Positions 30,535 to 41,069 of a stretch of DNA of 64,000 nt are shown in pieces. Position 1 is the first letter of the stretch, and each line of letters starts with the position of its first letter. This DNA comes from Longimicrobiales bacterium (lineage in GTDB: Bacteria > Gemmatimonadota > Gemmatimonadetes > Longimicrobiales > Gaopeijiaceae). The stretch lies in assembly GCA_965238005.1 (NCBI GenBank), contig OZ250165.1:2400001-2464000 (forward strand), in the 5' to 3' direction. A program made the translations under genes and the position numbers. The notes below the pieces were generated by a model, which saw only the letters and a program-made list of their open reading frames with translations, had not been told where the DNA came from and did not search any database.

Positions 30535-31988
30535 CACTGAACGCGGTCCAGGACGCGATCCGAGTCCACCATGGGAACGTATCCCACGGCCTGATCCAGG
30601 TTCGCCTGTGCCACGAGAAAGTCGTAAACAGCCTGCGCGTAGTTGAACTCGCTCTGACGGAGGGCCACCTCGGAATCGGTCAACTCCAGCTGGCTCCCGA
30701 GGCCCTCTCTGTATTGCGCGCTCGCGATCTCGAATCCTCGCTGGGCCTGCTTCACTGCCAGGCGCTGGGCATCCGCACGCTCCCGAGCCTCCCCCACCTG
30801 ATCCCAAAGGGTCTTCACCTCACTCTCGGCCCTGGAACGCGCGAGACGGTTCTGCGCCTGAACCTGACGGTGTGCCGCCCGCTTCTGGTCGATGCGGGCG
30901 TCCTTCGAGAAGCCGCTGAAGATGGGCCAGGTCACGCGGACGCCGACCTGGCGAGAGTAGGCCCTCTGCATGGAAGACTCGCCGAAGAAGTCGGGGCTAC
31001 CGTTTTCCTGGGCCATGATAGCGTAGGTTCCGAAGAGGACGATCTCGGGCAGATATTGTACCTGCTCCAGCCTCACCTCCGCATGACGGAGCTGCTCCAT
31101 GAGGTCGAAGCTGCGGAGGTCCGAGCGCTGGCTCTGGGCCATCGTCAGCAAGCGCTGCGGACCGGCTCCTTCCTCGCCCATCCATGAGGAGAACTCGAGG
31201 ATCTGGCGATTCGCAGCCGAATTCGCGGCCGGGTCGTCCAGGTCGATATCCGCCAGCGCGCCTGCCACCCGTACGTCGTCCTCGTTCTCGAGACCGAGCT
31301 CGATGCCCACTTCCCTTCTGGACTCGGATACGAAGTTCTGCGCCCGAAGCAGGTTGGGCTCCAGGTTGGCCAGCTCCACCTCGAGGCGGAGGACGTCGTA
31401 GTCGGCCGCCAATCCCGCCTCGTTGAGCGCCCGGGTCTCCCGGAGCGACTGCCTGACCCGCTCCACCGAGTTCTCCACGAGGCGCGCCTGCTCCTGTGCC
31501 AGCAGGAGGGTGTAGTACGCGATCCGAACACGGGTGACCACGGCCTGCGTGCGGCCCCGCACATTTTCGCGCTCGAAGTTCTCGAAGCGGCTGGCCGCCC
31601 CGACCCCGACGAACACGCCCGGCTTGAAGAGTGGCTGCTCGACGTCGATGCTGGTCGTCCAGATGTTGTCGGATCCGAAGCGGACCGGAATCAGCTCGGA
31701 CGGATCAGCCTCCGGATCGAAGATCACCGCCGGGAGGAAATTCGAAGCCACGCTCACGTTTCGTAGGTAGCCCGCAGAAGCGTCCACCTTGGGGTAAATG
31801 AGCGACCAGGCCTCGGACACCTGCTCTTCCGCCAATTCGAGCCCCATACGAGCGTCTCGAAGATCCTCGCTCTGTTCGAGAGCGGTCGCCACTGCCTGCT
31901 CCAGGGTGAGCACCCGCTCTTGGGCCGCCAATCCCCTCCCCATCAAGAAACCCGCAAGGGCCAAGGCCCCCAAACCACGCATCTTCAT
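30534..31988 (-). CDS. TolC family outer membrane channel
   Basis: LTLEQAV..AL, duplicated OEP helices; position in the efflux operon. Confidence 0.93.
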   Translation of the reverse strand: MKMRGLGALALAGFLMGRGLAAQERVLTLEQAVATALEQSEDLRDARMGLELAEEQVSEAWSLIYPKVDASAGYLRNVSVASNFLPAVIFDPEADPSELIPVRFGSDNIWTTSIDVEQPLFKPGVFVGVGAASRFENFERENVRGRTQAVVTRVRIAYYTLLLAQEQARLVENSVERVRQSLRETRALNEAGLAADYDVLRLEVELANLEPNLLRAQNFVSESRREVGIELGLENEDDVRVAGALADIDLDDPAANSAANRQILEFSSWMGEEGAGPQRLLTMAQSQRSDLRSFDLMEQLRHAEVRLEQVQYLPEIVLFGTYAIMAQENGSPDFFGESSMQRAYSRQVGVRVTWPIFSGFSKDARIDQKRAAHRQVQAQNRLARSRAESEVKTLWDQVGEARERADAQRLAVKQAQRGFEIASAQYREGLGSQLELTDSEVALRQSEFNYAQAVYDFLVAQANLDQAVGYVPMVDSDRVLDRVQ

Positions 31989-32063
31989 AGCTCTATGATC
32001 TCTGTTCAGCGTTCCGTGATCACCGACGCTCTCGCCGACTGCTGAGAGCGCCTGGCACAGGCC

Positions 32064-32777
32064 TCAGGCCGGCGTCGACGCCGCTTCCGTCCCCTGTCCC
32101 GGCGCCGGAGTCTCCGGAGCTTCCTCGTCCTCCCCGTCCCTCGGTCCCTCTGCCGCGAGGGAAGCCCGCACGTCCTCACCCATGGCCGCCGCGAACTCGG
32201 GCTCGGCCACTCCTTCCATGAGCCGCCAGCTCGACTCCAGGAACAGCCGGCGGAACTCGTCCTCGCTGATCCTGAGCAGTCCACGCTGATAGATGGACAC
32301 GAGCCCGTGGGCGTGTGCCCAGATGGTTCGTGCTACGGTTTCGGGCGAACCGGACTTCAACATCCCGGACTCCATGCCCTCGCGAACCCTGTCCACCATG
32401 AACTGACCGGTGGCACACGCCTGGTCCGTGGCGTCGTGGGGCAGGGCTCCGTGGCCCATGAGCTCGTGAGCCGTATGCAGGAGCTGGTAGTACCGGGGAT
32501 GCTCGAGGGCGTATGCCAGGTACCAGCGCCCGGTCAGGCTGAAGCGCTCCATGGGAGTGCGACCCTCCAAGGCCCGATATAGGTACTGGGCGAACACCTT
32601 GAAGGCCTCTCCCACCACGTCCACCAGCACCATCTCCTTGCTCTCGTAGTGCCGGTAGAGCGCAGGCGCCGTGACTCCCAATCGCTTGGCGAGCTTCCGC
32701 ATGGACAATCCCTCCAGCCCGCCGATGATGAGGAGGTCGCACGCCTCCGACAGAATCTGATCTCTTTGTGTAGACAT
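32064..32777 (-). CDS. TetR/AcrR family regulator
   Basis: LSMRKLAKRLGVTAPALYRHY HTH; WAHAHG C-terminal motif. Confidence 0.93.
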   Translation of the reverse strand: MSTQRDQILSEACDLLIIGGLEGLSMRKLAKRLGVTAPALYRHYESKEMVLVDVVGEAFKVFAQYLYRALEGRTPMERFSLTGRWYLAYALEHPRYYQLLHTAHELMGHGALPHDATDQACATGQFMVDRVREGMESGMLKSGSPETVARTIWAHAHGLVSIYQRGLLRISEDEFRRLFLESSWRLMEGVAEPEFAAAMGEDVRASLAAEGPRDGEDEEAPETPAPGQGTEAASTPA

Positions 32778-32778
32778 G

Positions 32779-32813
32779 GTTAACAGTGTAAACAAGACGA
32801 AAAGTTAAGTCAA
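32779..32813 (-). promoter_or_regulatory. Sigma70 promoter with overlapping palindromic operator
   Basis: TTGACT-N17-TACACT-N7-ATG; imperfect palindrome GTTAACAGTGTAAAC at 32779-32793. Confidence 0.75.
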
Positions 32814-32889
32814 CTGCCTATTGTGCCAAAAGGTGCATATGGTTCTGTGAATGCTGTTCAGGACGGTGGGCCATGGGATGGTGGTGGCT

Positions 32890-32996
32890 TGAACTGCTGA
32901 ATCACCGAGAGTGGGGCTCCACCACAGGAGACGAGGCAGTAGGATCGGCTCTAGAGGACAGGTTCGTAGTAGACCTGCCCGAGAATCCCCCGGAAG
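32890..32996 (-). pseudogene. tnpA: Second IS200/IS605 TnpA C-terminal remnant
   Basis: FRGILGQVYYEPVL*SRSYCLVSCGGAPLSVIQQ (W replaced by stop); DNA homologous to ~361-408. Confidence 0.7.
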
Positions 32997-33005
32997 CTGG
33001 TGCCG

Positions 33006-33182
33006 AGCAACGCGGGCAACGCGGCCGAAGGCCGTGGTCCGAGGAGGAGGAACGCCGCAGGGCCGGATGCGTCGGTGCTCGAGCCGAGCGACCTTCATGC
33101 TCGTCGTGAGCGCCGAGTTGACCGCGAGACGATCGAGCGCAGCGAGATCAATGGCCGAGACACTTCTGGGACACCACACTAG
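33006..33182 (+). mobile_element. MITE family A, 5'-truncated copy
   Basis: Matches 1108-1282 with about 6 substitutions in 175 bp; ends ACTTCTGGGACACCACACTAG. Confidence 0.88.
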
Positions 33183-33246
33183 GGGTGACTTCGCTTGGCG
33201 ACCCGCCCATCGATCGTGACGAAGGCCACCCACGGCCACGAACCGC

Positions 33247-34002
33247 TCAGTCGCCCGGTGCACTCCGCAGCGACGCCACGATGAGGTCGCGGTTCAGACG
33301 GGCGATGTACTTGACGCTGATCCCCTTGGGGCACGCAACCTCGCAGGCACCGTGATTCGTGCAGTTGCCGAATCCTTCCGCGTCGTGCACCCCCACCATG
33401 CCCAGCGCCCGGGAGTCGCGCTCCGGCTGCCCCTGAGGCAGTAGCCCCAGATGGGAGATCTTGGCGGCCGCAAACAGCATGGCCGAGGCGTTCGGACAAG
33501 CCGCCACACACGCCCCGCAGCCGATACATGTGGCCGCGTCCATGGCGTCGTCCGCCTTGTCCTTCTCGACGGGGAGGGCGTTCGCGTCGGGAGCGCTGCC
33601 TGCCCGAATCGAGACGTAGCCGCCCGCCTCGATGATACGGTCGAAGGGCGACCGATCCACGACCAGGTCCTTGAGAATGGGGAACGCCGTGGCGCGCCAC
33701 GGCTCGATCCAGATCTCGTCGCCGTCCCGGAATGTCCGCATGTGGAGCTCACACGTGGTGGTCATCGTCTTGGGGCCGTGGGGCACTCCGTTGATCATCA
33801 TGCCGCAGGCGCCGCAGATCCCTTCCCTGCAGTCGTGCTCAAAGGCGATGGGCTCGGCGCCGTCCTTGATGAGTCGTTCGTTCACCTCGTCGAGCATCTC
33901 CAGGAAGGACATGTCCGGGCTGACGTCCCTCGGGTGGTGTGTCTCGAAGGCGCCTGCCTGGTCGGGGCCCGCCTGCCGCCAGACGTGGAGCGTGAGGTCC
34001 AT
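33247..34002 (-). CDS. sdhB: Succinate dehydrogenase/fumarate reductase Fe-S subunit
   Basis: [22 protein letters not shown]....C...CP. Confidence 0.95.
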   Translation of the reverse strand: MDLTLHVWRQAGPDQAGAFETHHPRDVSPDMSFLEMLDEVNERLIKDGAEPIAFEHDCREGICGACGMMINGVPHGPKTMTTTCELHMRTFRDGDEIWIEPWRATAFPILKDLVVDRSPFDRIIEAGGYVSIRAGSAPDANALPVEKDKADDAMDAATCIGCGACVAACPNASAMLFAAAKISHLGLLPQGQPERDSRALGMVGVHDAEGFGNCTNHGACEVACPKGISVKYIARLNRDLIVASLRSAPGD

Positions 34003-35918
34003 TACTTGTAGCTCCTCTGCGACAGCGGAACGTGCTCGAACTCCAGGGCCTCCGAGTGACGGACGGGCTCATTCCCCTTCCCCCTGTACTCCCAGACGGC
34101 AACGTGGGTGAAGTTCTCGTCGTCCCGCCGGGCTTCGCCCTCGGCGGTTGTGTGCTCCGAGCGATAGTGGGCCCCGCACGACTCGTCCCTCTTGAGGGCG
34201 TCGTGACACATGGTCTCGGCGAACTCCAGAAAGTCGGCCACCCGTCCGGCCTTCTCCAGCGACTGGTTCAGCGTCTGGGCGCTACCGGGCACGCGAACGT
34301 CCCGCCAAAAGCGCTCTCGAATCTCGGGGATCCCGTCGAGAGCCTCCCGTAGACCCTGTGCGTTCCGCTCCATACCGCAGCGGTTCCATATGAGGTGACC
34401 CAACTCCTGATGGAACTCGTCCACGGTCCTAGAGCCGTCCACGTCCAAGAGCCTGCGCGCCGTCTCCTGCACCTCTCTCTCGACGCTTCGGAACTCGACG
34501 GCGTCCGTGCTCAGGTCGTGGTCGTGCGTCATCCGGGCCAGGTAGTTCCCGATGGTCATGGGCAAGATGAAGTACCCGTCGGCGAGGCCCTGCATGAGGG
34601 CGCTGGCGCCCAGGCGGTTGGCTCCGTGGTCCGAGAAGTTGGCCTCTCCGATGACGAACAGACCCGGTACCGTGCTCTGGAGATCGTAGTCGACCCACAG
34701 GCCGCCCATGGTATAGTGCGGCGCCGGGTAGATCCGCATGGGCACGCGGTACGGGTCCTCACCCGTGATGTTCTCGTACATCTCGAAGAGGTTGCCGTAG
34801 CGCTCGGCGATGGTATCCTGCCCGAGACGCTCGATGGAGTCTGAGAAATCGAGGAAGACCCCGTTGCTCCGGGGTCCCGCCCCGTGGCCCATGTCCACCA
34901 TCTCCTTGGCGCGCCGCGAAGCCACGTCCCGGGGGACCAGGTTCCCGAAGCTGGGATAGATGCGCTCCAGGTAGTAGTCCCGCTCGTCTTCGGGGATGTC
35001 TAGGGGCGCTCGGTTGTCACCCTGGCTCTGCGACACCCAAATGCGGCCGTCGTTTCTGAGCGACTCGCTCATGAGGGTGAGCTTGGACTGATACTCCCCG
35101 GCGGGCGGAATGCACGTGGGGTGGATCTGCGTGAAGCAGGGGTTGGCGAAGCCCGCGCCGCGCTTGTGAGCTCTCCAGGTCGCCGTGACGTTGCACGCCT
35201 TGGCGTTGGTGGAAAGGTAGAAGACGTTCGAGTACCCGCCGGTGGCCAGGACCACCGCATCTCCCATGTGGGATTCCACCTTCCCGCTCACCAGGTCGCG
35301 CGTGACGATCCCCCGGGCCTCGCCCTCCACGACCACCACGTCGAGCATCTCGTGGCGGGTGTGCATCTGCACCATTCCGCTCTTCACGGCCCGCTGTAGA
35401 GCCTGGTAGGCGCCCAGAAGAAGCTGCTGTCCTGTCTGCCCGCGGGCGTAGAACGTACGGGATACCTGGGCTCCACCGAAGGAGCGATTGGCTAGTAATC
35501 CCCCGTACTCCCTTGCGAAGGGCACGCCCTGGGCCACCGCCTGGTCGATGATGTTCTCGCTCACCTGAGCGAGCCGATAGACGTTGGCCTCCCGAGAACG
35601 GAAGTCCCCACCCTTCACCGTGTCGTAGAAGAGGCGGTACGTGCTGTCCCCGTCGTTCTGGTAGTTCTTCGACGCGTTGATCCCGCCTTGCGCCGCGATG
35701 GAGTGGGCCCGCCGTGCCGAGTCGTGATACGTAAAGACCTTCACCATGTAGCCGAGCTCGGCCATTGTGGCGGCCGCCGCCGCACCGGCAAGCCCCGTAC
35801 CCACCATGATGACGTCGTATTTCCGCTTGTTGGCCGGGTTTACCAGCTTCATGTCGAAGCGGTGCTTGTTCCACTTCTGATCGATGGGGCCGGCCGGGAT
35901 TCCTGGATTCAGTTCCAT
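34002..35918 (-). CDS. sdhA: Succinate dehydrogenase/fumarate reductase flavoprotein
   Basis: [28 protein letters not shown]. Confidence 0.96.
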   Translation of the reverse strand: MELNPGIPAGPIDQKWNKHRFDMKLVNPANKRKYDVIMVGTGLAGAAAAATMAELGYMVKVFTYHDSARRAHSIAAQGGINASKNYQNDGDSTYRLFYDTVKGGDFRSREANVYRLAQVSENIIDQAVAQGVPFAREYGGLLANRSFGGAQVSRTFYARGQTGQQLLLGAYQALQRAVKSGMVQMHTRHEMLDVVVVEGEARGIVTRDLVSGKVESHMGDAVVLATGGYSNVFYLSTNAKACNVTATWRAHKRGAGFANPCFTQIHPTCIPPAGEYQSKLTLMSESLRNDGRIWVSQSQGDNRAPLDIPEDERDYYLERIYPSFGNLVPRDVASRRAKEMVDMGHGAGPRSNGVFLDFSDSIERLGQDTIAERYGNLFEMYENITGEDPYRVPMRIYPAPHYTMGGLWVDYDLQSTVPGLFVIGEANFSDHGANRLGASALMQGLADGYFILPMTIGNYLARMTHDHDLSTDAVEFRSVEREVQETARRLLDVDGSRTVDEFHQELGHLIWNRCGMERNAQGLREALDGIPEIRERFWRDVRVPGSAQTLNQSLEKAGRVADFLEFAETMCHDALKRDESCGAHYRSEHTTAEGEARRDDENFTHVAVWEYRGKGNEPVRHSEALEFEHVPLSQRSYK

Positions 35919-35932
35919 GCCCTACCGACTCC

Positions 35933-36625
35933 CTAGCGAAGGACTCCCATCAGGGCCGCGAAGGGCACCGACAGGAATCCTCCCACGATGACAAAGGTGA
36001 GCACGGCGGCGAACGGGCGACGCAGGTGGTCGTAACGAGGATGGCTCGCGCCCAGGGTCTGGAAGATGCTCCACAAGCCATGGTACAGGTGAAGCCCGAG
36101 AGCCAGGGTTGCCACGGTATAGGCGCCCACCACCAGCGGGCTCTGGAACCCGATGACGAGGTTGTGATACACGGCGCCGTGCGCGAAGTCCGGATGGACC
36201 GATCCGACGGTCATATGAAGCAGATGGTAGATGATGTAGAGAAGGATGATGACCCCACCCCAGCGCATCGTCCTCGACGCGTAGCTGAAGGAGATGGACT
36301 CCTCCTTGGCGTAACGTGTCGTCCTGGCCGCCCGGCTCTGAAGGTAGAGCTGCGTCGCCGACACGATGTGCATGCCGATGAGCGCCAGCATGAGGAGCCG
36401 GATACCCCAGAGGCCGAAGCCCTCCGGAAGGACGGGCTCGCCCATGGTCCGCAGAAACTCTGCGTACTCGTCGATGTGGTAGATGCCGGCTTCGTTGGTG
36501 CCCAGGAAGGCCTTCAGGTTCCCGGTCATGTGGCCGAAGAGGTAGCCCACCATGACGAGACCGGATACCGCCATGGTGGTCTTCTTGCCCACCGATGAAC
36601 CGTATAAAGTAAATATTCGACGCAT
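35933..36625 (-). CDS. sdhC: Succinate dehydrogenase cytochrome b subunit
   Basis: Five TM helices with heme His residues; upstream of sdhA. Confidence 0.93.
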   Translation of the reverse strand: MRRIFTLYGSSVGKKTTMAVSGLVMVGYLFGHMTGNLKAFLGTNEAGIYHIDEYAEFLRTMGEPVLPEGFGLWGIRLLMLALIGMHIVSATQLYLQSRAARTTRYAKEESISFSYASRTMRWGGVIILLYIIYHLLHMTVGSVHPDFAHGAVYHNLVIGFQSPLVVGAYTVATLALGLHLYHGLWSIFQTLGASHPRYDHLRRPFAAVLTFVIVGGFLSVPFAALMGVLR

Positions 36626-36707
36626 GGTGTCTCCCACCGATCAGCGCCGGCGGTGCTGTGGGTCCGGCCGACGAGACGGGGCGGCAGCCCCGGACCGACC
36701 CCCAGCG

Positions 36708-37640
36708 TCAGCCGGCGAGAGCCTCCATCGTGCTCCGGACGGCATCGACGCTGCTCGCCAGATCCGCGGCCTCGGCCTCGGTGATCTCCACTTCGACGAT
36801 CTCCAGCAGGCCGCCCTCGCCCAGCTTGCACGGAACGCCCAGGAAAATGCCGTCGTGGCCGAACTCGCCCTGGAGATACGCCGCGCACGGGAGGATACGT
36901 CGCTTGTTCTTCACGATGGCCTCGGCCATCTGAACGGCTGCCGCCGACGGAGCATAGTAGGCGCTTCCGGTCTTCAGGTGGCCAACGATCTCCGCTCCTC
37001 CCTTGCGAGTACGCTCGATGAGGGCATCGATGCGATCTCGGTCCAGAAAGTGTGTCAGCGGGATCCCCGAGATGTTGGTGGTGGAGACCAGCGGCACCAT
37101 CGTGTCGCCGTGCCCCCCGAGCACCAGAGCCTGGATGTCTTCGACGCTCACGTCGAGCTCTATGGCGATGAAGGAGCGATAGCGGGCCGTGTCCAGGACG
37201 CCGGCCATGCCGATCACCCTCTCCCTGGGGAAACCCGTGGTCTGCATCGCCACGTACGACATGACGTCGAGGGGGTTCGACACCATGATGATGATGGAGT
37301 CGGGCGCCACCCTGGCGATCTCCTGCGACACCGACTCTACGATGCCGGCGTTCGTCCTGAGGAGGTCGTCTCGGCTCATGCCCGGCTTGCGAGCGATTCC
37401 GGCCGTGACAATGAAGAGTTCCGACCCTGCGGCCGCCTCGTAGTCGTTGGAACCGATGATCTGCGAGTCGAAGCCTTCGACGGGTGCGCTCTCCCACTGA
37501 TCGAGCCCCTTTCCCTGAGGGATTCCCTCGACGATGTCGATGAGAACGACTTCGCGGGCGAGCTCTTTTTCTGCCAGTCGCTGGGCACAGGTCGCTCCGA
37601 CGTGACCCGCACCCACGACCGTGATCTTGTGGACGCTCAT
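36708..37640 (-). CDS. mdh: Malate dehydrogenase (LDH-like)
   Basis: GAGHVG, ARKPGMSRDDL, LD.AR, GGHGD. Confidence 0.96.
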   Translation of the reverse strand: MSVHKITVVGAGHVGATCAQRLAEKELAREVVLIDIVEGIPQGKGLDQWESAPVEGFDSQIIGSNDYEAAAGSELFIVTAGIARKPGMSRDDLLRTNAGIVESVSQEIARVAPDSIIIMVSNPLDVMSYVAMQTTGFPRERVIGMAGVLDTARYRSFIAIELDVSVEDIQALVLGGHGDTMVPLVSTTNISGIPLTHFLDRDRIDALIERTRKGGAEIVGHLKTGSAYYAPSAAAVQMAEAIVKNKRRILPCAAYLQGEFGHDGIFLGVPCKLGEGGLLEIVEVEITEAEAADLASSVDAVRSTMEALAG

Positions 37641-38620
37641 CAGCCCCCGGTCTGGGAGAGGGCCACGAGACCTCCCGACCCTTCGTCACTTCCCTGGATC
37701 AGGTAATGCCGCTCAGGCTTGATGCGGAGCGTTTCTTCGATGAGCGGAACCAGGTCGGACCCCTGGCGAAGCGGGTCTCGCAGGTTGGTCTGGAGAGAAC
37801 CGAAGAGACACGGGCGGAGCTGGCCATCGGCGGTCAGGCGCATGCGGTTGCAGCGGTCGCAGAAATTGTGACTCATGGGAGTGATGACTCCGACCGTGCC
37901 ACGCCCGTCTGGGAAGCGAAAATACGTGGCCGGGCCGTTCCCTCGAGGACCCTCCACCGGCTCCAGCTCCCCCAGCTTCCGGATCCTGGCAAGGGCATCC
38001 TGGCAGGACACGAAGTTGTCCGCGCTCAGTTCCAGGTTGGACCCCGTGGGCATGAGCTCGATGAAGCGCACGTGCCAGGGTCTGTGCCTCGTGATGAGGG
38101 CGAACGACTCGATTTCGTCGTCATTCTGGCCACCGATGAGCACGACATTGATCTTGAGCGGCTCGAAGCCGAGGTTCTCGGCGGCTTCCAGCCCGGCCAT
38201 GATGCGGCCGAAAGAGTTTGGTCGCCGGGCGATGGCGTCCACCCGATCGGCCCTCAGCGAGTCCAACGAGATGTTGACCCGATTCACGCCGGCATCACGG
38301 AGCAGCTCCCCCTGGTCGGCCAGAAGCACCGCATTGGTGGAGAGCGAGATGTCTTCGATCTCTGGGATCTCGGACACCATGCGAATCAGCCTGTGGAGGT
38401 CCTTTCGGACCAGCGGCTCTCCCCCGGTGATGCGAACCCGCTTGAGGCCCATCCCGGCCATGACCCGGACGATGTGCGCGATCTCCTCGTAGCTGAGAAG
38501 GCTCTCGCGCTTGAGCCAGTCGAGTCCCTCCATTGGCATACAGTATACGCACCTGAGATTGCACTTGTCGGTGACGGAGATACGGAGGTACTCCACTCGG
38601 CGGCCGAACTGATCGATCAT
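37640..38620 (-). CDS. moaA: GTP 3',8-cyclase
   Basis: YLRISVTD.CNLRCVYCM, FC..CNR.R, C-terminal GG. Confidence 0.96.
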   Translation of the reverse strand: MIDQFGRRVEYLRISVTDKCNLRCVYCMPMEGLDWLKRESLLSYEEIAHIVRVMAGMGLKRVRITGGEPLVRKDLHRLIRMVSEIPEIEDISLSTNAVLLADQGELLRDAGVNRVNISLDSLRADRVDAIARRPNSFGRIMAGLEAAENLGFEPLKINVVLIGGQNDDEIESFALITRHRPWHVRFIELMPTGSNLELSADNFVSCQDALARIRKLGELEPVEGPRGNGPATYFRFPDGRGTVGVITPMSHNFCDRCNRMRLTADGQLRPCLFGSLQTNLRDPLRQGSDLVPLIEETLRIKPERHYLIQGSDEGSGGLVALSQTGG

Positions 38621-39069
38621 GGCCGATCAACCTCCCGGAGCCGGGCGACAGGAGTCGTCCCGGCCACCCACTCCTCCATGCCGTCGCCATAGAGCTCCTT
38701 CTTCCAGACGGGAAGGCGCTTCTTGATCTCCTCGATGATGAATCGGGAGCTCTCGTAGGCCTCGGCACGGTGGGGGCTCGAGACCGCTATGGCCACGCTG
38801 ACATCACCCACCACCAGGTCACCGATACGGTGTACCACGGCGATGCGATCGGTTCCCAGCACACTCGCGGCCTCGTCCGCGATCTCGGTGAGAATTCCGG
38901 CGGCCATCTCCTTGTACGCGTCGTAGCGGACGCCCCCCACCGAGCGGCCCTCACTGTGATCGCGTACGACACCGACGAACAGGAGACCGGCTCCATCCTC
39001 GTCCGCTCCCACCCGAGCCAGGACTTCGGCCGGATCGATGGGGGCCCCGACAACCGCGACGAACGTCAC
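38617..39069 (-). CDS. moaE: Molybdopterin synthase catalytic subunit
   Basis: F.G.VR, HR.G.L, SPHR, PVWKKE. Confidence 0.94.
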   Translation of the reverse strand: MTFVAVVGAPIDPAEVLARVGADEDGAGLLFVGVVRDHSEGRSVGGVRYDAYKEMAAGILTEIADEAASVLGTDRIAVVHRIGDLVVGDVSVAIAVSSPHRAEAYESSRFIIEEIKKRLPVWKKELYGDGMEEWVAGTTPVARLREVDRP

Positions 39070-39070
39070 G

Positions 39071-39316
39071 TCAGCCCCCCGCCACTGGAGGGATCAGCGC
39101 CACCTCGTCACCTTCACTGAGGAGTGCGGCCGGGTCCGCGTAGCTCTGATTCACGGCTACGGCTGGGTCGCTGGGCAGAACCGTGAACGCCCCTCCACGG
39201 GAGCGGAGCGCCGACACCAAATCCGATACCGTCGCCCCCTCTGGGAGATCGAGAAGAAGCTCCCCGGTGCCGAGGAGCTCTCGATAGGATGCGAAGAACA
39301 GGGTGCGGATTTCCAC
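39071..39316 (-). CDS. moaD: Molybdopterin synthase sulfur carrier
   Basis: FFA..RE, AVN, ends PPVAGG. Confidence 0.94.
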   Translation of the reverse strand: MEIRTLFFASYRELLGTGELLLDLPEGATVSDLVSALRSRGGAFTVLPSDPAVAVNQSYADPAALLSEGDEVALIPPVAGG

Positions 39317-39380
39317 GGATTTGGGGGCGCCCAGGAGCTAGTAACAGTCTCGGGAGAGTAGAGGAACCCCACCGCTCCGG

Positions 39381-39941
39381 TCAACGTTCCAGTGGGAAGC
39401 CTCCCGGTGGCCCGAGCCCCGCACCCGGCCCTCGGCCCGGTGGGGGACCCATGCCACGACCTCCGCCCGCGCGAATGCTCTGAATCCTCTGATTCAGCTG
39501 TTCGCGCATGACGACAAAGTGCAGAAGCTGACGAGCGCTCAGAACTCCCACCAGCGCCTCCTGCTCTTCCCGGAAGAGCCGCACCTCTTCCTCGCGCAGC
39601 CGGATCATCTCCTGGAGAGCCTCGCTGGCCTGTTCTTCGGTGAGCTCGCCCTCCGTCCCGAGACGCATCAACTGTCTCCGGGTGCCCTGCTCGTCCTGCA
39701 CGAACTCCAATCGCTGCTCGCGGAAGCCCGCCAACACCTCCTGGAATCTCTGTTGCTGCTCGTCGGTGAGCCCGAGCCGCTGCCGAACCATGGCGTCGAA
39801 GCGGCCCCGGATCATCTGCTCCATCTGAGCGCGCCGGGCACCTCCCGGACGCTGTTGCGGCGGGCCCCTTCGCTGGGCGGCGACACCCTCGACGCCCATC
39901 ATTACGAGCAGGGCCATCAAGAAGCCGATCGAGCTCTTCAT
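39381..39941 (-). CDS. Exported Spy/CpxP-like helical protein
   Basis: Signal peptide; LGLTDEQ and LSARQ (LTxxQ-like) motifs. Confidence 0.7.
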   Translation of the reverse strand: MKSSIGFLMALLVMMGVEGVAAQRRGPPQQRPGGARRAQMEQMIRGRFDAMVRQRLGLTDEQQQRFQEVLAGFREQRLEFVQDEQGTRRQLMRLGTEGELTEEQASEALQEMIRLREEEVRLFREEQEALVGVLSARQLLHFVVMREQLNQRIQSIRAGGGRGMGPPPGRGPGAGLGPPGGFPLER

Positions 39942-40390
39942 CCTCCGAGCTCCTCCAACAAGAGAGCCAGATCCTCCTCGGACAGTTCTTCCAGCATCGA
40001 AGCACCGGCCACGAAGGCGTCGTCACTAGCCCAACCCATCAAGAACGACTCCTGTGCGAGCTGGCTCGTCTCAGGCAGAGTCTGGGCGCGCTGCCAGACG
40101 AGCGCCGTCCCCAAAGCGAGAACCACCGTTGCGGCAGCCGGGAGTCGCCAGCCCAACAACCACCGCGTACGCACTCTGTCGCGGGCCACCGCTTCCTTGA
40201 TCTCGGCAGCCAAGCCGGCAGGCGGCGCAGGTGTGGTCGTTCGGATCTGCCGGAGCAGCGCGACTTCGTCACTGCACTCCGCACAAGCGGATACATGCAC
40301 TTCGATCCGGGAGAGCTCCTCGTCGAGGAGCTCTCCCCGGACCAGCCCCGGTAGCAGGTCCTTTGTGTCTGCGCACGTGCTGTCCTTCAT
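39938..40390 (-). CDS. Zinc-binding anti-sigma factor
   Basis: HVSACAEC (HxxxCxxC) plus one TM helix. Confidence 0.88.
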   Translation of the reverse strand: MKDSTCADTKDLLPGLVRGELLDEELSRIEVHVSACAECSDEVALLRQIRTTTPAPPAGLAAEIKEAVARDRVRTRWLLGWRLPAAATVVLALGTALVWQRAQTLPETSQLAQESFLMGWASDDAFVAGASMLEELSEEDLALLLEELGG

Positions 40391-40947
40391 GGCTCCAACA
40401 TCTCCCTAAGGCGGCGGATCCCGTGATGGTAGTTCACTCGAGCCGAACCCTCTGAAGAACCGATGATCTCACCGATCTCCCTAAAGCTCAAGCCATCGTC
40501 GATTCTCAGCGTCACCGAGAGCCTCTGTTTGTTGGGGAGCTCGTCCACGGCTTCCCGGACGCGAGCCGCCTCGGAACGGAGAGCAACCTCCGTCGACGGG
40601 TCGTTTCCGGGGGCCGCGATGGCGCCCACATCCCCGAGTCCCCGCTCCTTCCGCCTGCCGACCTTGCGGAGAAGCCCACGGGCCTCGTTGCCCGCGATGG
40701 CCAGGAGCCACGTCCTGAAGGCGGCGTCTCCCCGGAACCGGTCCAGGGCTTTGAACGCCTTGATAAAACAGTCCTGGCTCGCATCCTCTGCAAGATCCTC
40801 GTCTCCAATGATTACCAAGCACGTCCGAAAGACCACGCCGTGATTCCGATCCACCAGCAGGTCCATCGCCCGACTGTCGCCAGCCTGTGCACGGCGAACC
40901 AGCTCCTCGTCGGAAGGTGGCTCGGTGCGTCGGTCCTCGGCCATCAT
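40387..40947 (-). CDS. ECF sigma factor
   Basis: AED..QD.F, FRTWL..IA.N, region 4 HTH. Confidence 0.93.
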   Translation of the reverse strand: MMAEDRRTEPPSDEELVRRAQAGDSRAMDLLVDRNHGVVFRTCLVIIGDEDLAEDASQDCFIKAFKALDRFRGDAAFRTWLLAIAGNEARGLLRKVGRRKERGLGDVGAIAAPGNDPSTEVALRSEAARVREAVDELPNKQRLSVTLRIDDGLSFREIGEIIGSSEGSARVNYHHGIRRLREMLEP

Positions 40948-40952
40948 GAATC

Positions 40953-40978
40953 AGATGCTCGTCGTCACCGAAGCGTTA
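40953..40978 (-). promoter_or_regulatory. Putative ECF-type promoter
   Basis: TAAC-N17-CATCT ending 5 nt before the sigma ATG. Confidence 0.4.
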
Positions 40979-41069
40979 AGTCCGTTGGGACGACGGAAGG
41001 CGAACGGGCCCAGACGACGCTGGATTGGGCTCGAGGCAAGACGAACCGGATACGCGACGGGCAGCGGTG

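Noticed and set aside
385..32939. GCTCCACCA repeats at 385 and 32916 as tRNA 3' ends or att sites
   Set aside because: Explained as the reverse strand of the TnpA CGGA codons; no cloverleaf or integrase.
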